Assembly (NCBI GenBank): GCA_023213395.1
Contig: CM041465.1
Location: forward strand, 222,773,741-222,837,740
Length of the DNA stretch: 64,000 nt
Source: Cycas panzhihuaensis
Lineage: Eukaryota > Plantae > Cycadophyta
Direction of reading: 5' to 3'
Shown here: positions 11,281 through 25,750 of the stretch, in pieces
Layout: each line of letters starts with the position of its first letter
Position numbering within the stretch: the first letter of the stretch is position 1
The notes under the pieces: model-generated
The model's database searches: none
What the model saw: the letters and a program-made list of their open reading frames with translations, nothing else
What the model was told of the DNA's origin: nothing
Position numbers and translations under genes: made by a program

Positions 11281-13433
11281 TGCAATAGCCCGACCTAAGC
11301 ATAGTATAGCTCGGCCCTAGCTATAGTAGAACAGGTTGTGCAATGGAGTTCTATTATATGTATTTTTGGTTATTGGAAATTCTATTGTTTTATTTTCCTG
11401 AATGTATGTTTGTCTCTATAATTTATTATGTAACATCTTGCTTTTAAGATGGAAGCTTTTTCCACCCTCTATCAGGTGTTTCAAGATGCACCATTTTGTT
11501 GATAAGTTTGGTGGACTTAGAATAGATGTAATTGTACAAGTAAATAACAATTATGATAGTGTGAACAACACATTGTTTCTTTTGTAAACTCAATAAATTG
11601 TAGCGTTCCCAATTTAATAAGGAGGCAAATTGCTCAAAAGACAAAATATATGGGAGAGCACGTGCTCTAAATGAGGGAGGAATAAGGGGTAATTAGTCTG
11701 GGGAAATTTTGATTGTAGGTCAGTTCTTATGAGAATTCCAAATTACTATAGCTTCACCAATTAACACATCACCAAGGACAAAGTTTGCAACAAGTCTTTG
11801 ATAGTATGAATCAATGAGGAAAAAGCTTGCGGAGTATATGAACTTCGTAAATTAATGCTTTGCCATGAAACAAATTTTTGAACAAATCCACGATGGTCAA
11901 TTTCAGCGAGGGAGGAGTCCATGAATGAAGGGTTTGGCAAGTTAGCTCTTCGCAGAAGTTGTCTTGCTAGAGGAAAGTGTCAAAAGGATGGATAGCCACA
12001 AAACGTATATCCACAAGGAAGGAGGCATGGAAAGAGCAGAGACCATTGGATCTTTGGATGCATGGTAGCATCTTGAGAAGTTCACAATGAGGCTTATCCC
12101 TTGCTTAGGCTACAAGGAGAATGTTGGAGATCGAGTGAAGGCACTGAGTATTCACAAAAAAGGCATCAGGCACATAGAGTTGGCCCACATTCTAATTTGA
12201 GCACGTGGGATTATAAGTCACAAGATGACAATGTCAAATGGTACGAGGATGAACATCAACCATGTAATAAGAAAGATACATGTTGACATCTCACACATCT
12301 AAGCTTTGCACTTGCGGTGAGATCTTATGACGAAGAGGTCAAGGAAGTCGCAAGTGCGCAAGGCCTCGAAGTGGCAAAGTGATAAGTATACAAGCACGCA
12401 AAATTGGGAGATATGAGAAGTCTGTGAAATGTTGATTTTGCAAAGCAGCTGGTTGGTAAATTCGTGAATTGTGAAGAATGGAACCTCGAGGATAATGCCA
12501 CACAAACATGATACAATTAGCTTAGTACGTGACCATTATGCATGTTCCACCCCTCTGGTGGAAGTTCTCTGAAAGTACTACCAGCGTACGCATGATAATT
12601 GGGTCCCCAACAATGTGCAAGAATGGAAAACAGGAGAGCATCTGAATAGCACAAGAGTTATGCACAAAGATTATCTTGGATCTTGGGAAAGAAAATAAAA
12701 AAAGAAATGAACTCCTCAAGACTGGAGACTTAAGGGGGTAGAAGATAAATAGGGAGACAAAGAGAAATGAATGCACACAGAGAGTCATGAAAGATAGAAG
12801 GGTTACTTTGAGTGAATGTTAGGTGAGGTAGAGTATCCTAGAAGTGAATTCTAGAGGGAATGATTCTTGAAGGATCATCTCCTTTTCCATCATCCAATGA
12901 AGGCTCTGATCTGGTTGGGATTACAAGTGTATGTGCAAACTACTCGCTTAATCTAATGTGATTATTCTATTATGGCTAAGATCATAATGTTGATGTGAGG
13001 AAGTAGAATTGATTGTAGTCCCCTTTCCATGGGTTTGGTGAGGAACTGGGGTTGGCTATGGTCCCCTTCCTTGAGGAAGTAGGGTTTATTACAATCCTCG
13101 TACCTCTATGTTTGTGTAAGGAAGTAGGGTTGATTACAATTTCCTTTCCTTGTTTGCATGGTATGCGACATGCATGAGCACAGTCTAGTAGTCCCAATAG
13201 ATTAACTCAGCAAGAAGCTACATGTGGGGTAATTTTGGATTGGTGTATGAAAATCATATTTGTATCGTAGCTTGAGACACAATTGATGCATTTTTAATGA
13301 TCCCATGTTTCTTAGGTTGAGTGTTAAATTATTAGTACTCCAACATTCAAATCATCCACTTCAACTTGGGGGCAAATTCCCTATGGATTTTTAAATGGTT
13401 GGACAATAAATCCTTATGAGCAATCTAGTTGCA
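11281..13433 (+). repeat. Probable long Gypsy LTR (right end uncertain)
   Basis: Starts TGCAATAGCCCG right after the PPT. Candidate end ...GTTGCA, then PBS-like TATCAGAGC at 13438-13446. TATA-like ATAAATAGGG near 12745, non-coding. No partner LTR in the window. Confidence 0.5.
12995..13149. repeat. Four degenerate ~35-bp direct repeats inside the LTR
   Basis: Consensus about GTGAGGAAGTAGGGTTGATTACAATCCCCTTCC. Confidence 0.8.
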
Positions 13434-13689
13434 TATATATCAGAGCTTGGTGTATGAAAATTTGTGCGCATAAATGTGTATGAAATGGCAAATGTTTACG
13501 TGAGATCTATTTCTTAATGTGGTTGGTTAATTGAAACTTTATTTGTGCAAATACCCTTGAACGCACCTGTGTCCAACTAGACTAACAATATCTTTTGGAC
13601 ATTTCCATTGTATTGTTTTAACTCTAATGATTTGAGCTTCATGCACTCTTATAGGTTAGGTCAACCAATGTAAGCCTTTGTTAAGGAAA

Positions 13690-13808
13690 TTATGACAATT
13701 CTAATTGACACCAACGAAGAGGGGTCACGAATTCTTGGGCCCATAGAGATGGAGTGTAACGAGATCAATCCATTGGAGCTTCAGAACCTCTGCTTAATGG
13801 TGCCAAAT
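13690..13808 (+). mobile_element. Probable 5' piece of L1-type LINE (start uncertain)
   Basis: Joined by TSD CAAAT to LINE ORF1 sequence at 19736. Confidence 0.4.
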
Positions 13809-16800
13809 TGTTACACAATTGATCGCTAACCGTGAAGAGTGACTGTCAACATAAGTGATCAAGCAACCTAATGATTAGTGCTAGCCATCAACTTTTGTGC
13901 ACGGGCCATCTACTCTACTAATATGATTGCAAGCCACTTCTCCCTCCAATATAATTCTATGTAAAGCGGCCATCATTGCCTATTTAAAGCCCAGGAAATA
14001 TGCATGGATGTAATGTTGAAATAATATTAAGAGATCGTACTATTATATATTTGATGCCCATTCAATATTCAAATCTGTGTTCATTTTTGCTTTTTGTTTA
14101 CTCTTTGTGCTAAATTTAGATGATCTCAATTATTCTCTTATGCCCTTTGAGCTACTAAAATTGTTGTTGTGCAAGGAATACTTCGAAAAGTTATGCTCCA
14201 AGTGGTACCAGAGCTACGTTGAGGATCCATCCAAGAAGTTGATCAACAAGAGGAGCAAAAAATCAAGAATTTTTTTCCCCCTTGGTGAAGTTTCGGAAAC
14301 CCTCTCCCTTTTTCAATTTTTTCAATTTTTGTGGTGTTATTATTTTTCAAAAAGTCTGTAATTAAGCTACAAATAGGCAACAAGTCCCTCCTTCCCATAT
14401 CCCCTAGTTGTAAGTAGAGACCCTGTACTGGGGGTCTTTAGAAGTCACAGGGATCTGTCATTTTAGGCCAAGTGTACGCGAGTATACGCCCATGCGTGAA
14501 GCGAAACAAATAATACTACTTATGCAAGCCTTAAATAGAACTTAGCTATGAGATTGAGCCTCCACATACCTTCGAGTATATCAAAGGACATCTTTAGGTT
14601 CCCTTCCCTTACCTAGTTGTAGGAAAACTATCAATTGCCTATTTTTTGTAGTGCATTGGTTAACGATTAGTGCTAAGAAGCTACCCTTCCTAAACACCTC
14701 TGCATGGCTTTCGCGGTTACAAGTATAAACGCCCTACATAGTTAGTGCCCTAAGATATTGAGCCAAGTAAGTAACAACAGAGAAGTTCATTGAAGGGCCT
14801 ACAGAATCAGGTAATCCTTTGTCAAAATTAGTAGGTTGCCCTTTACATCAAATATTGTTGTACTTTCGTAAGATAATCTAGAATTGTTGTATTTCTGCAA
14901 AATAATACAACCCATTGGCACCATTGAACATTTGAAAAGAATCAACGCTGCCATATACCCCTGCATTATAAAATAACACTGAAAATTACAGTATCAGCAG
15001 AATGACACCACCAACCTGTATCACAAACACAACAACACGACAAACACCAACCTGCAGTACAGAGACAACAACAAAACATCTAAAGGTTTCCTATCCAAAC
15101 CTTCAACTCAATTTCTGATCCTCCTAATCTTTTAATCCAGAGACCACCCTCTAAAAAAAGAAAAAGAAAAAAGGAGAAAAGGCCCCCACCTGGTCCCCAG
15201 GGTCACTTCAGGAAATACTTGTTCGATTTGGACAAAACCTACACCAATAGACTCAAGACAAAAAACAAAGTATTAGGCCAAAATTTTCACCTAGTTATAT
15301 ATACATCTTATTTTAATCAGTACATTATGCTGATCATGTTGAGCTAAGTCAATCTCAACCCTTTCTTCTAGCAAAAAACAAGGGGATCCCATTGGCCCAA
15401 AAATCACACAATCTCACCTATGCCATTTTGAAGGGCTCTTTGCACTCATTGTGATGTACTGAGTGGTATTGTTACATAATTTTCACCCCGTCCATGCATA
15501 TTTGTACTCTGGAGGTGAAAGTTATAGGCACCACCCCCCACCCTTCTATATTAGTCCCACCTCTTGGATTTTGTTCTTCCTCTCTTATCCCTTTTCTTAG
15601 CAACCCTTTCTTCTCCCCTTCACCCCTCTTCTCTACATCCCTCCTTCACAACAATTCACAGCAGTGACAAATACAAATACAATGGCCCACACACGAGCTG
15701 AAAAGATCCAAGCACTCAAAGCACAAGCCAATGACATAAACACCAATGTGACACAATCAAAAGGCAACTTGTCTTAAAAAATTGCCAATCTCAACAATAG
15801 CCTCACATCCATGGACAACAATTTCACAACACAGATGGCACATGTCACCACAAAGGTCGCCAAACTTTCAACAACTACAGCCAACATACCCTCTCCCTCG
15901 AACTCAACAGACGAAACACCTCCACCAATACCCTCATCGCCAACACCAAGGCAACATCCATGGCACCATAAGATCAATATACCCACATTTGATCCCGATC
16001 TTAACAAGGACTTTGTTAGAAGCTAGATCAACAAACTTGAGTCATACTTTGCCCTCAGCCTGATGGCCCTGGACGAGCAATTGAACTTTGCTTCCATCCA
16101 CCTAGAAGGCAAGGCCCACTATTGGTTACGTTGGTGGTAGAAAGAAAACCATGTTTAAACATGGGCCCTCTTCTACAAGAATTTCTTTGAACAATACGAG
16201 GACACCTAGAATCAATTGTTCTTTAGCCAACTCACTCAACTAAAGCAAATTTTCTTGATTGAAATTCATACATAAGAGTTTCAAATGCTCCTTAACAGAG
16301 TTTCCCAATAGCTCGACCATGTAACTCTCATTGAAATATACACAGTAGAACTGAAGGAGTGCATTCAAATGCACCTGAAGACACTTACCCTTCCAACTCT
16401 TTGAGATGCCATTACCATGGCCAAGTCAATAGAAGCAGAATTTTCAATAGAATGCCAACCCAACTTTTGATGGGATTCTAATTGATACCAACGCCCACGA
16501 TTTGTAGAACAGTAGCCACAACCACGAGAGTTCAACCAACAACCACCGTCCACAACCACACTTTCTTCGGATCTAGTCCATGTTCCTCATGACAAAGCAA
16601 ACAAGAGGATGAAAGCCAGCCTTTATATGAAATGCTCGAAGAAATGAACCCTTGGTCATAATAGAGTGTGTAAAGAAAAAAAGATGAGATTGAAAGTATT
16701 ACAACTGAACTCATGGATACGGGAGTTATACAACCCAGCAAAAGTCCCTATGTAGCCCCAATTGTCCTAGTGCAGAAAAAAGATGGTTCATTCCACTTGT

Positions 16801-19735
16801 GTGTGGACTATAGGGAACTTAACAAGATTACAATTAAGAATAAATTTACCACACCTAGGATTGATGATATGCTTAATGAAATCTATAGTGCCACTATACT
16901 TCTAAACTCGACCTTCAATCTGGCTATTACTAGATACCTATCGCCCCAAAGGATCGCCATAAAACTGCTTTCCACACACATCATTGCCACTTTCAGTTTC
17001 CATGCCTTTTGGGCTTTGTAATGCCCTTTCCACTTTTCAAGCCTTCATGAATAGGATATTTGCCCCATACCTATGTAAGTTTGTCATTGTTTTTTTTTCA
17101 TGACATGCTTGTCTATAGCTCTGGCATACACCTCCACCTCGAGCATTTGGAAAAGGTTCTCCAAATCCTTGCTCAACAAAAGCATTATGCCAAGCTATTA
17201 AAGTGCAAATTTGGCAAGACAGAGTTGCAATACCTAGGCCACATCATTTCAATCGAAAGCATCTGAGTTGACCCAAACAAAATCTCCACTATCAAATCCT
17301 GGCCTACACCCAAAAACTTAATGCACCTTTGTGCCTTCCTTGGTCTTACAGGGTTTTATAGAAGGTTGGTCCACAACTATGCTTCTATTACTAGCCCGCC
17401 GACTAATTTGCTCTGCGAAAACTCCTTCCAATGGTCTCCAGTCGCTGAGGATGCATTCCACCACCTCAAAGCCATAATGACCTTGACCCCAGTACTTGCC
17501 ACTCTAGAATTTTTTTAACCATTCCAACTAAAGTCTAACGCTTTAGGATTCAGATTAGGAGTTGTGCTTATGCAAAACTTCCATCTAATTGCCTTCGAAA
17601 GTCATAAGTTAAAGGACCATGAATGTCATTTATCCACCTTCCAAGAGGAGATAAAGGCCATTCTACATGCAGTTGACAAGTGGCAACAATATCTCCTATG
17701 ACCAACATTCACCATCCTTATAGATCATCATAGCCTTTGGATCCTCCTCGATCAACCAGTCCTATCGAAGGAACAAGCTAAATGGCTTAATCGCCTATAG
17801 GTATGACTTTACCATAACATATAAAAAGGGGAATAGCAATGTTGTTGCTGATGCACTCTCACAACCACCCCTCGAACCCACGATTCAGGCAATCTCTTGA
17901 CCCGAAACCACATGGCTTATGGACTTGGTAAATGCCAACAAATCTCAGCCAAATTATGACCAATGGTCGGCAAAACTCCTCACCCAAAAGGACTAGTCCT
18001 TTCACATAGACCTCCTAATGTATAAAAATTGCATTTTTGAATACTCTACTTCCCCTTTCATTTCCCAAATCCTATCTAAATACCACTCCTCCCCTCTTGG
18101 CGGTCACTCAGGTTTTGATAAAACCTACTGAGACATCTACTCTGATATCTACTAGTTGCATATGAAGACAATAATCCTTACATTTGTAATAGAATGCCTC
18201 ACATGCCAACAAAACAAAATCGATACAAGGGCCCAATCAAGGTTGCTCCAACCCTTGCATATTCGCCATGGCAAATGGCAAGACATTGCTATGGACTTTA
18301 TCATGAAGCTCTCATTATCTGTTAGGTTTGACTCCATCTAGGTCATCATCAACGGACTAATAAAGTATGCACACTTTCTACCAGTACACATCTCTTATAA
18401 GGTTGTTCACCTTGCAGACACATACATCCAATCTATCTTTCACCTCCATGGATTCCCTTCAACAATTGTATGTGACTGAGATCCCAAGTTCACTAGCTTA
18501 TTTTGGCAGGAACTTTTTCGTGCCTCGGGCACCTCATTTAATATGAGCTCGGCATATCATCCTCAAACTGACGGGCAATCTCAGGTTCTCAACAAAACTT
18601 TAGAAACATATCTCCATTGCTTTGCCTCAGAACACCAAAGTAAATGGTCATCTTAGCTTATGCTTGCTAAGCACTAGTATAACTCCTCCCACCACCCTAC
18701 CATTGGTATGTCCCCTTTCATGGCCCTATGTGGTTACCCCCCACCCTCTCATCACACCTTAGTAACCAACATTTAAACAACCACTGTCCAACAAAAATTA
18801 GAAGACATGGATAAAATCTTACACCCTTAAGCAGAACCTAGCTTTGGCCTAAAGTCATATGAAATAATTGACCGACTGCCACTGTTCTAACTGAGAGTTT
18901 GTAATAGGTGACATGGGGTTCCTTCAACTTCAATCATACAAGCAGCAATCCCTCTACAATAATAAAAATCATAAGCTTAACCCCTACTACTATGGCCCTT
19001 ACAAAGTTCTTTAAAGGATTGGACAAATTACCAATGCCCTTGAGCTCCCACTTGATACCAAAATACACAATGTTTTTCATGTCTCCTGTTTGAAAAAGTA
19101 TCTTGGCAAAAGGATTGCTCCCCAGACTACCCTACCCATTCTAGATGAAGAATAGATCCTCAAGGTCCCTCAAGATCACATCTTGGCTACAACGCAACGC
19201 CGTCTGTGTAATTGGACCATCTTTGAGTATTTAGTACAGTGAGTTGACTATGATCCAGAAGAGGCAACACGAGAATTAGTAGAGTTTGTCAATTAGTATC
19301 TACATCTTCATTGCTTCATGGACTCAACATCTTAAGGAGGGGACCTATTACATGATTGATTGCTAACCGTGGAGAGTGACTACCAACACAGGCGATCAAC
19401 AACCTGATGGATAATGTTGGCCATTAACTTTTGTGCACAGGCCGTCTAGCCCATCAATAGGATTGCAGGTCGCTTCTCACTCCAATAAGATTCTATGTAA
19501 AGCGGCCATCATTGCCTATTTAAGGCCCAAGAAATATACATGGATGTGATGTTGAAAAATATCAAGAGATCATACTATTGTACGTTTGGTACCCATTCGA
19601 TGTTCAAATCTGTGTTCATTTCTGCTTTTTGTTTATTCTTTGTGCTAAATTTGGATGACCTCAATTATTTTCTTATGCCCTTTAAGCTACTCAAATTGTT
19701 GTTGTGCAAGGCATATTTGGTAAAGTTATGCTCCA
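13809..19735 (+). mobile_element. Ty3/Gypsy chromovirus, decayed, protease deleted
   Basis: LTRs at 13809-14200 and 19346-19735, PBS TGGTACCAGAGC at 14203-14214, PPT AAGGAGGGGA at 19334-19343, perfect TSD CAAAT. Order gag-RT-RH-INT-chromodomain. Confidence 0.96.
15682..19315 (+). pseudogene. pol: Chromovirus gag-pol remnant
   Basis: FASIHLEGKAHYW (gag), SKSPYVAPIVLVQKKDGSFHLCVDYRELN (RT), FLGLTGFYRR, GGHSGFDKT, WQDIAMDFI, SSAYHPQTDGQS (INT), EYLVQ*..YDPEEAT (chromodomain). Confidence 0.93.
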
Positions 19736-22296
19736 CAAATAAGGGCTAGAACTTTATCCCAAAAATCTTAGGTGGCATGAATCCATCTCCTATCTTCTTG
19801 TGAGTTTGAATCAAAAAGTTGTTTCTAATTTTGATATTGAGGTGTATTCCAAAACCTTAATTGCTTATTTTATGGATCATTCTCCACCTAACTCTATCTT
19901 GAGACAATATATTAGGGATACCTAAGAGGCTTTTAGTAGGAATGTCTATCCCATTCAAAATCTAACCAAAGGGTTTTATTCCTTCATATTTGAACCCCCG
20001 CTACCTTTGAGCAAATGCTCCAAAGAGGCCCCTAGATATGTTGTCGTGACATGGTGATTTTCAACCATAGGAGGTCCAACTTTTTGGTCAACAATGTTGT
20101 TGCATTCAAGTGTTTCATGTAGATCAAATTCCCAAGGCTGCCTTCTTTGTCAAAACCTCATAAGGAATTATACCCTCATCCTCATATTCAAGTATGTTCA
20201 AAAATCGATCTATCAAAGGAGTTGCAAGAATTTGTCTCCACCCACTATCATTAAGAGTCTTTTGCCTAGAGAGTTGGTTATCTTAATGTTTTGAATGCAG
20301 GCCTCCATTATCACTTAAGGGAGCATCACATAAAGGACTGCCCACTTCTTCAAAGCAACACAAAGGACTCTAAACCGCCCCCCAAGCCCTCATAGGAGTT
20401 GGTCGTCAAATATAACTGGCTAGGTAGAAGTCCATAGTAAAAGGTCCTAGGCCAAAGCAAACAAGCCCAAACTCCCAAAGAACATACGCAAGGCCCACCT
20501 AAAACTTGCCACAATGCCCACTATGCATGGGAAGCAAGTAGCCAAACCAACCAAAAGCTCAAGCAAGAAGCCCCCAACAAAACAAGTTAAGGATTAATCC
20601 TTTTTGTTGATAATAGAAAAGCCATTATCGTCATTTGACATGCCCAATTTGCAAAAGGGGAAAACCAAAGTAGAAGAGCCCAAGGTTGATAATACATTGC
20701 TCAAATAGTTTGATTCCTAGATCAAGCAATAGAAGGGCTATCAAACGGCTTTGAAATTTTATCCTCCATCTCAACCAAAGAGGGGTAAAGATTGATATAA
20801 AAGAGTTGTTTTATGCTTTACATCACCAGCTAAAATGTGAGGGTTTCACAAACCCATGCAAAAGAAGCATGGTTAGGAGAGAATCTATCACTTGTTCAAA
20901 TAGCTAAATATATTATATCTACAAGAAGTGAAGTGTGCTAATACCAGCTTCAAATTTTCCCTAATGCACATATGGCAATATTACATTGTTTTCTTTAAGC
21001 ATAGTGAAGGAAAAGGGGCAGTGGTGTTTACTTTAAAACCAAGCCTAAAATAAAAAGTCATCAATTGTAGTTCTAACCCTAAACACAAGTATGCATGCTT
21101 GCTACTCCATTGCAATAGCCTTATTGTGGGTATTATTAATGGTCATGCTCCCAATCAACCCATCAATAGGGCTAGGATGCGGATGTGGTTGTCCCATAGC
21201 TTCCTTGAAGCCTCTTGGGTGATCTGCGATGACTTTGACATGGTAGAGTCCTATAAGGATAAGATGGATGGTCATGGGTTGAGGTGACACCATGGAGGAA
21301 AACTTGTCTAGTTGGACAAAAAGACAAAATTCAACTTCTATAACTCAAATGCCAAACAAAAGGTAGGTAGGACATGATCTTTGGTTCGCATGGCCCAACT
21401 TTCATCACAAGCGCAATCACATCTTCAAGAGACTAGATAAAGCGATGTTGACAAATGATCACAACTTCAAATTTCCTTCAGCAGAAATAAGACCTATCTA
21501 AGTGATTATTAATGCCGCTCTCTCTAATCAATATTCAATCTCATTTGCCCTAGGTTGGGGAGTGATGAGGACAATGATGCACAAATTTCCATTCAAGCTT
21601 AATGTCTTGCACATGTCCAACCAAACCTAGCTACAAAGCATTAGGCATATCTAAAAACTCTCCCCTCAAGCTAAGGCCAACATGGGTCGGATAGTGTGGT
21701 GGAAAGAAGCTTTGTCCAAGACTATGGCATTTCTCAAGCGGTATGGGAAGCAAGTCACCTTTATTAGAAGGAAATTGAATAGGGAAAGAGCCAAAGAGTT
21801 GGTCACTACTAAGAGCTTGCTCGAGGAGAAACCTTTTGATATGGCCCTACAAACTAAGGTTGCAAAGGCTACTCATGAGCTAAGGGTTTATAAGCTCAGG
21901 AGAGAAAATGAGGCACAAATTAGGGCTAGACTCCACTGTATTGAGGAAGGAGATAAATTCTCCATTTTTTTCTTCCAAGCACTTAAGCACAAACAAATGA
22001 CAAAATATGTCTCCAACCTCAAGACTGAACATGGCAAAATTACTAATAAAGAGGAAATTGCTAAGGAGTTTACCAATCACTATGCAAGGGTATTCCAAAC
22101 TCAAATCCCCACATATGTCTTTGCAGCTACTTTGCAAGAATGTCTAAAAATGGTGCCATTCAAACTCCAACAAAAGTCAAGGCGAGAGTATAAAGCTCCT
22201 ATTAGGCTGGAGGAACTTACTAACACCATTTATGAAATGGGCAATGAGAAATGCCCTAGAGTGGATGGCTTTCCCTATGAATCCTAGAAGAATACC
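19736..22296 (+). mobile_element. L1-type LINE segment: ORF1 (DUF4283-like, CCHC) and ORF2 endonuclease to RT start
   Basis: NLTKGFYSFIF..RGP (ORF1), ILYLQEVK, WVICDDFDMV (GDFN-like), RLDKA, EGDKFSIFFF, NEKCPRVDGFP (KSPGPDG-like). Confidence 0.88.
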
Positions 22297-25200
22297 TATT
22301 TCACTCTACATAAGTCCCTTTTAACATCGGCCAAGTCTCATGCCTTATCTTGTTTGTTGTTGGGGTTTGATTGGGTGTTTGCAATGATTAACTTGATTGA
22401 TTGACATGATGATTGGATGATTGCTTGGTGTGATAGTGCTTGTGCATGTTCTAATCATTGCCTATGATGTATAGATCTTAAAGTGCTCACTTATTTAACA
22501 ATCTCAAGCTTACTCCAAAGCTCAATTCCAACTCTTTTTAGCATTTTTTTACGAATTTTCATACTTGTTGTTTATTGATCTATTGCTTTCATTATGCCCA
22601 CATTTCACATTATCGCTATGTTCATCCCCACACTTGCCTTGTCATTCACTCATGAAAAGGAAGCACATCACATGTTTTTTCCAAATTTTTTTATGATTTT
22701 TATCAGTTTAATCAAGTCCTATTTGTCGCAATTTTCACTATTTTTCATGGTTTTGGTGTTGTCTAAATATGCAACCTTCTTAATAAACTATGACAAATTT
22801 TGAAAGTCATAGTATTAGTTATTTTTCAAATGTCGCAGTTTTCACTATTTGTTGCAGTTTTTAACATTCGTCATGGTTTTCAATTTTCCCATGCAAAAAA
22901 AAATATAATTGTAGGTCATTTTTTCCTATCGTACAAACACTCTTTCTCGTGAAACTATGGCCTAGTTTTCCCCGTATTTTTTCACACTATTCACTCTTAT
23001 TTCTCTTATAAATACTCATATATTTCTTAAGCAAAAGGGGGGTGATCAAGTTTTGTGCAACGAAGTGCTGCTAAAATTTCACCTCAACCTCTTGCATCCC
23101 TTTGGCATTTTTTGAGTGACTTCTTGGAGCAAAGACTAGACCTTTGCTAAGAGATCTTCAAGGCTTAGGGTTGTACATACCCAAGTTTAGAACCTATTTC
23201 TTCTTTTGGTTTCTTTTACCCAAGTTTGAAACCTACTTCCTCTTTTGGATTCTTTTCTCTCCTACTCCATTCACTCTCTTTTGTGCAACTCTTTCATATT
23301 GGTGTTATTTTCACCCTTGGTAGATCTTGGTTGTATCTTTCTCATTTTGGAGATCTATTTGGAAGATCTTGGAGTTGTCATGGCACTAATCTGAGGAACC
23401 ACCCCATCATCTTCCTCATGGTGGCATTTGAAATGTAAGATTATACTCTTTTAGTTGCAAATTTTTCTTGTTAGTTTCACGGTTAGAACTGAAGAGTGCT
23501 TGTGGCTTGTATTGTGAGATGAAATGATAGTAGTTTAGTTAATTTTCCTTTTGTTTTGAAGTTTTAAATTGTCATTTGCTTAGCATAATTGTTCTCACCC
23601 AAGGGTAGAGCCCCTTTGCTTGAAAATTCTAACCCTCAACTTGAGGAGAACTCCACATATTTGCCCTCATCGCTAGTGAACTCTCCCCAAGGAGGTGAGT
23701 GGCTTAGCTTAGGGCCTCCATAAGGAAGTCTTAAAACCTTCTCCATAGGGTTCTAAGCTCCTTAATCCCTTGCATCCTATCACAATTCTCTAGAAACAAT
23801 AGAAATGTCGTTGGAATTGTGTTCAGTTGGCGTTGCCTTTATTTTTAATTAATCTCACTGGATGGTTTCACTAAGCTTGTATAATTGTAAGCAAAACTCT
23901 TTCACTTGGAGCACACTATCGCTTATAGAGTGGTGATATTTCTTAGAAGATTCTCCAAAAAGGGTAAAAGGTAGGCCATCCCTTACTTTGTTTTATGCTT
24001 CAAATTTTGGTTATTGCTTAGACTTCACTTTGTCTTGCTTTGGTCTAAGCTTAAAGAGAAAAGAGACAAGGAATCTATAAATAGATCCCTTTAATTTGCA
24101 TTGGTTATGCATTGATTGTTTGTCTCTTCTTTCTACTTTCAAAAGAAAAGTGAATGAAAAGGATAAACTCACTTGTGTGATACCTAGTTTTCTCTTTCTA
24201 ATTAGAAATCATAAGACAAAGATCAAAACTATTGTAGCTAAGATAATCCTAAGAACAATAAAAAGACCTAGATTTCTTTCTAATGTGTGCTAGGACTTGG
24301 AAGCATTTTTAGCTAGCAAACAAAAAAGAATATAAGAAAAACAAGTTTAAATAGTGCACATCCATATAGATGCATTAGTGAAAGTATATTTGCTTTTATT
24401 ATGTGGTTTGTTCTTAATTTAGATAATTGGTGATTTCATGCAAATTTAAAGTGCACGCTAGTTTGCATATAAGTATTTGTTCTTGTTTGTTCCCCCTAGG
24501 CTAAGTCTCGCTCTCTCCGTAAAGAAGTTTTTGATCATCCAAGACTTGACATCTCTAGCATACAAGCTCATCCTTTTCTTGAGAGCAAATACATGCATTG
24601 TCAGGGGAGTTTTGATTGATCAGGATGTGATATCCCCAGCATACAAACTTCTCTTCTTTTAAGATTATTTTCTTGCCGTGTTCTGAACTATAAAGGTGTC
24701 AATTTTCCACCACTTTAGATTGAGAGTGGCTCCTCTCTCTCTCTTTCTCACCTTTAGGCATGTAGAACTCACCAGAATTGGCCGGAGGCATCCCGACCAT
24801 TCCACTTTCACAGGTGAATCATCATCAGGTGAGAGAATTGCTAGAAAATTTGAGAACGTGACTGACCTAAAACTTCAAAAGAGAGCAAAAAGGTTGAGAG
24901 ATTATAAAAATGATAACAATGAAAAATTGTTTGTATTAAATCACCTGCAATATATGCTTGTATCTACTCCAATTCAATCACCCCCAAAGTTCTTGATTTG
25001 AAAACCATTATTAACATGATGATTCACTCCTCAATTTAAGAAGTATGTCAGGCAGTTGAGGAAGTTACGTGAGAGCAACTAACCTCTCATTAGTTAACCC
25101 ACTAACATAAAATGCATATTATTAACATTATTAAGTGCACTTAATGAAATACAAAATAATGCAAGGAAATGCACATTATTTTTAACAACCCCTCATAATG

Positions 25201-25750
25201 TGTAATTCATTATCCCTTACAAACAAGAGCCTCCTAAGCCTCTCAAGTTTCTCACAATTCAAAGTCATAGTGAGAATATCTGCAAGCTAGTCCTCTATTG
25301 GACAATGCAACAACTTAATTCTTTTGTTCTACACTTGTTCTCGAATGAAATGATAATGTACTTCCACATGCTTTGTCCTAGCATGGAAGAGTAGATTCTT
25401 TGACAATTGATTACACCATAATTATTGCAAAATAGTGAAGTGGACTCATCATAGAAAAGCTCAAAATATCCAAGTAATCTCCTTAACCAAATTGCCTCAT
25501 AAATAGTTGCAATTGCAACTTTGTACTCTAGCTCTATAGAAGACAAGGAGATGGTTGCCTGCATCTTACTGCACCAGGAAACTAATCCACATAAATAGAA
25601 ATCCTATAGTTGATCTTTGATTGTCAACATCTCTAGCCCAATCTGAGTCAATATAGCTATGCATCTGCAACTCATTAGCTCTTGAGAACAAGAGTCCAAA
25701 TCTAATAATGCCCCTGACATACCTCAAGATATGCTTTGTTGTCTTCCGAT

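Noticed and set aside
12995-13149. Repeat-spacer pattern resembling CRISPR
   Set aside because: Repeats are degenerate, spacers are 0-12 bp, the context is a eukaryotic LTR, and there are no cas genes.
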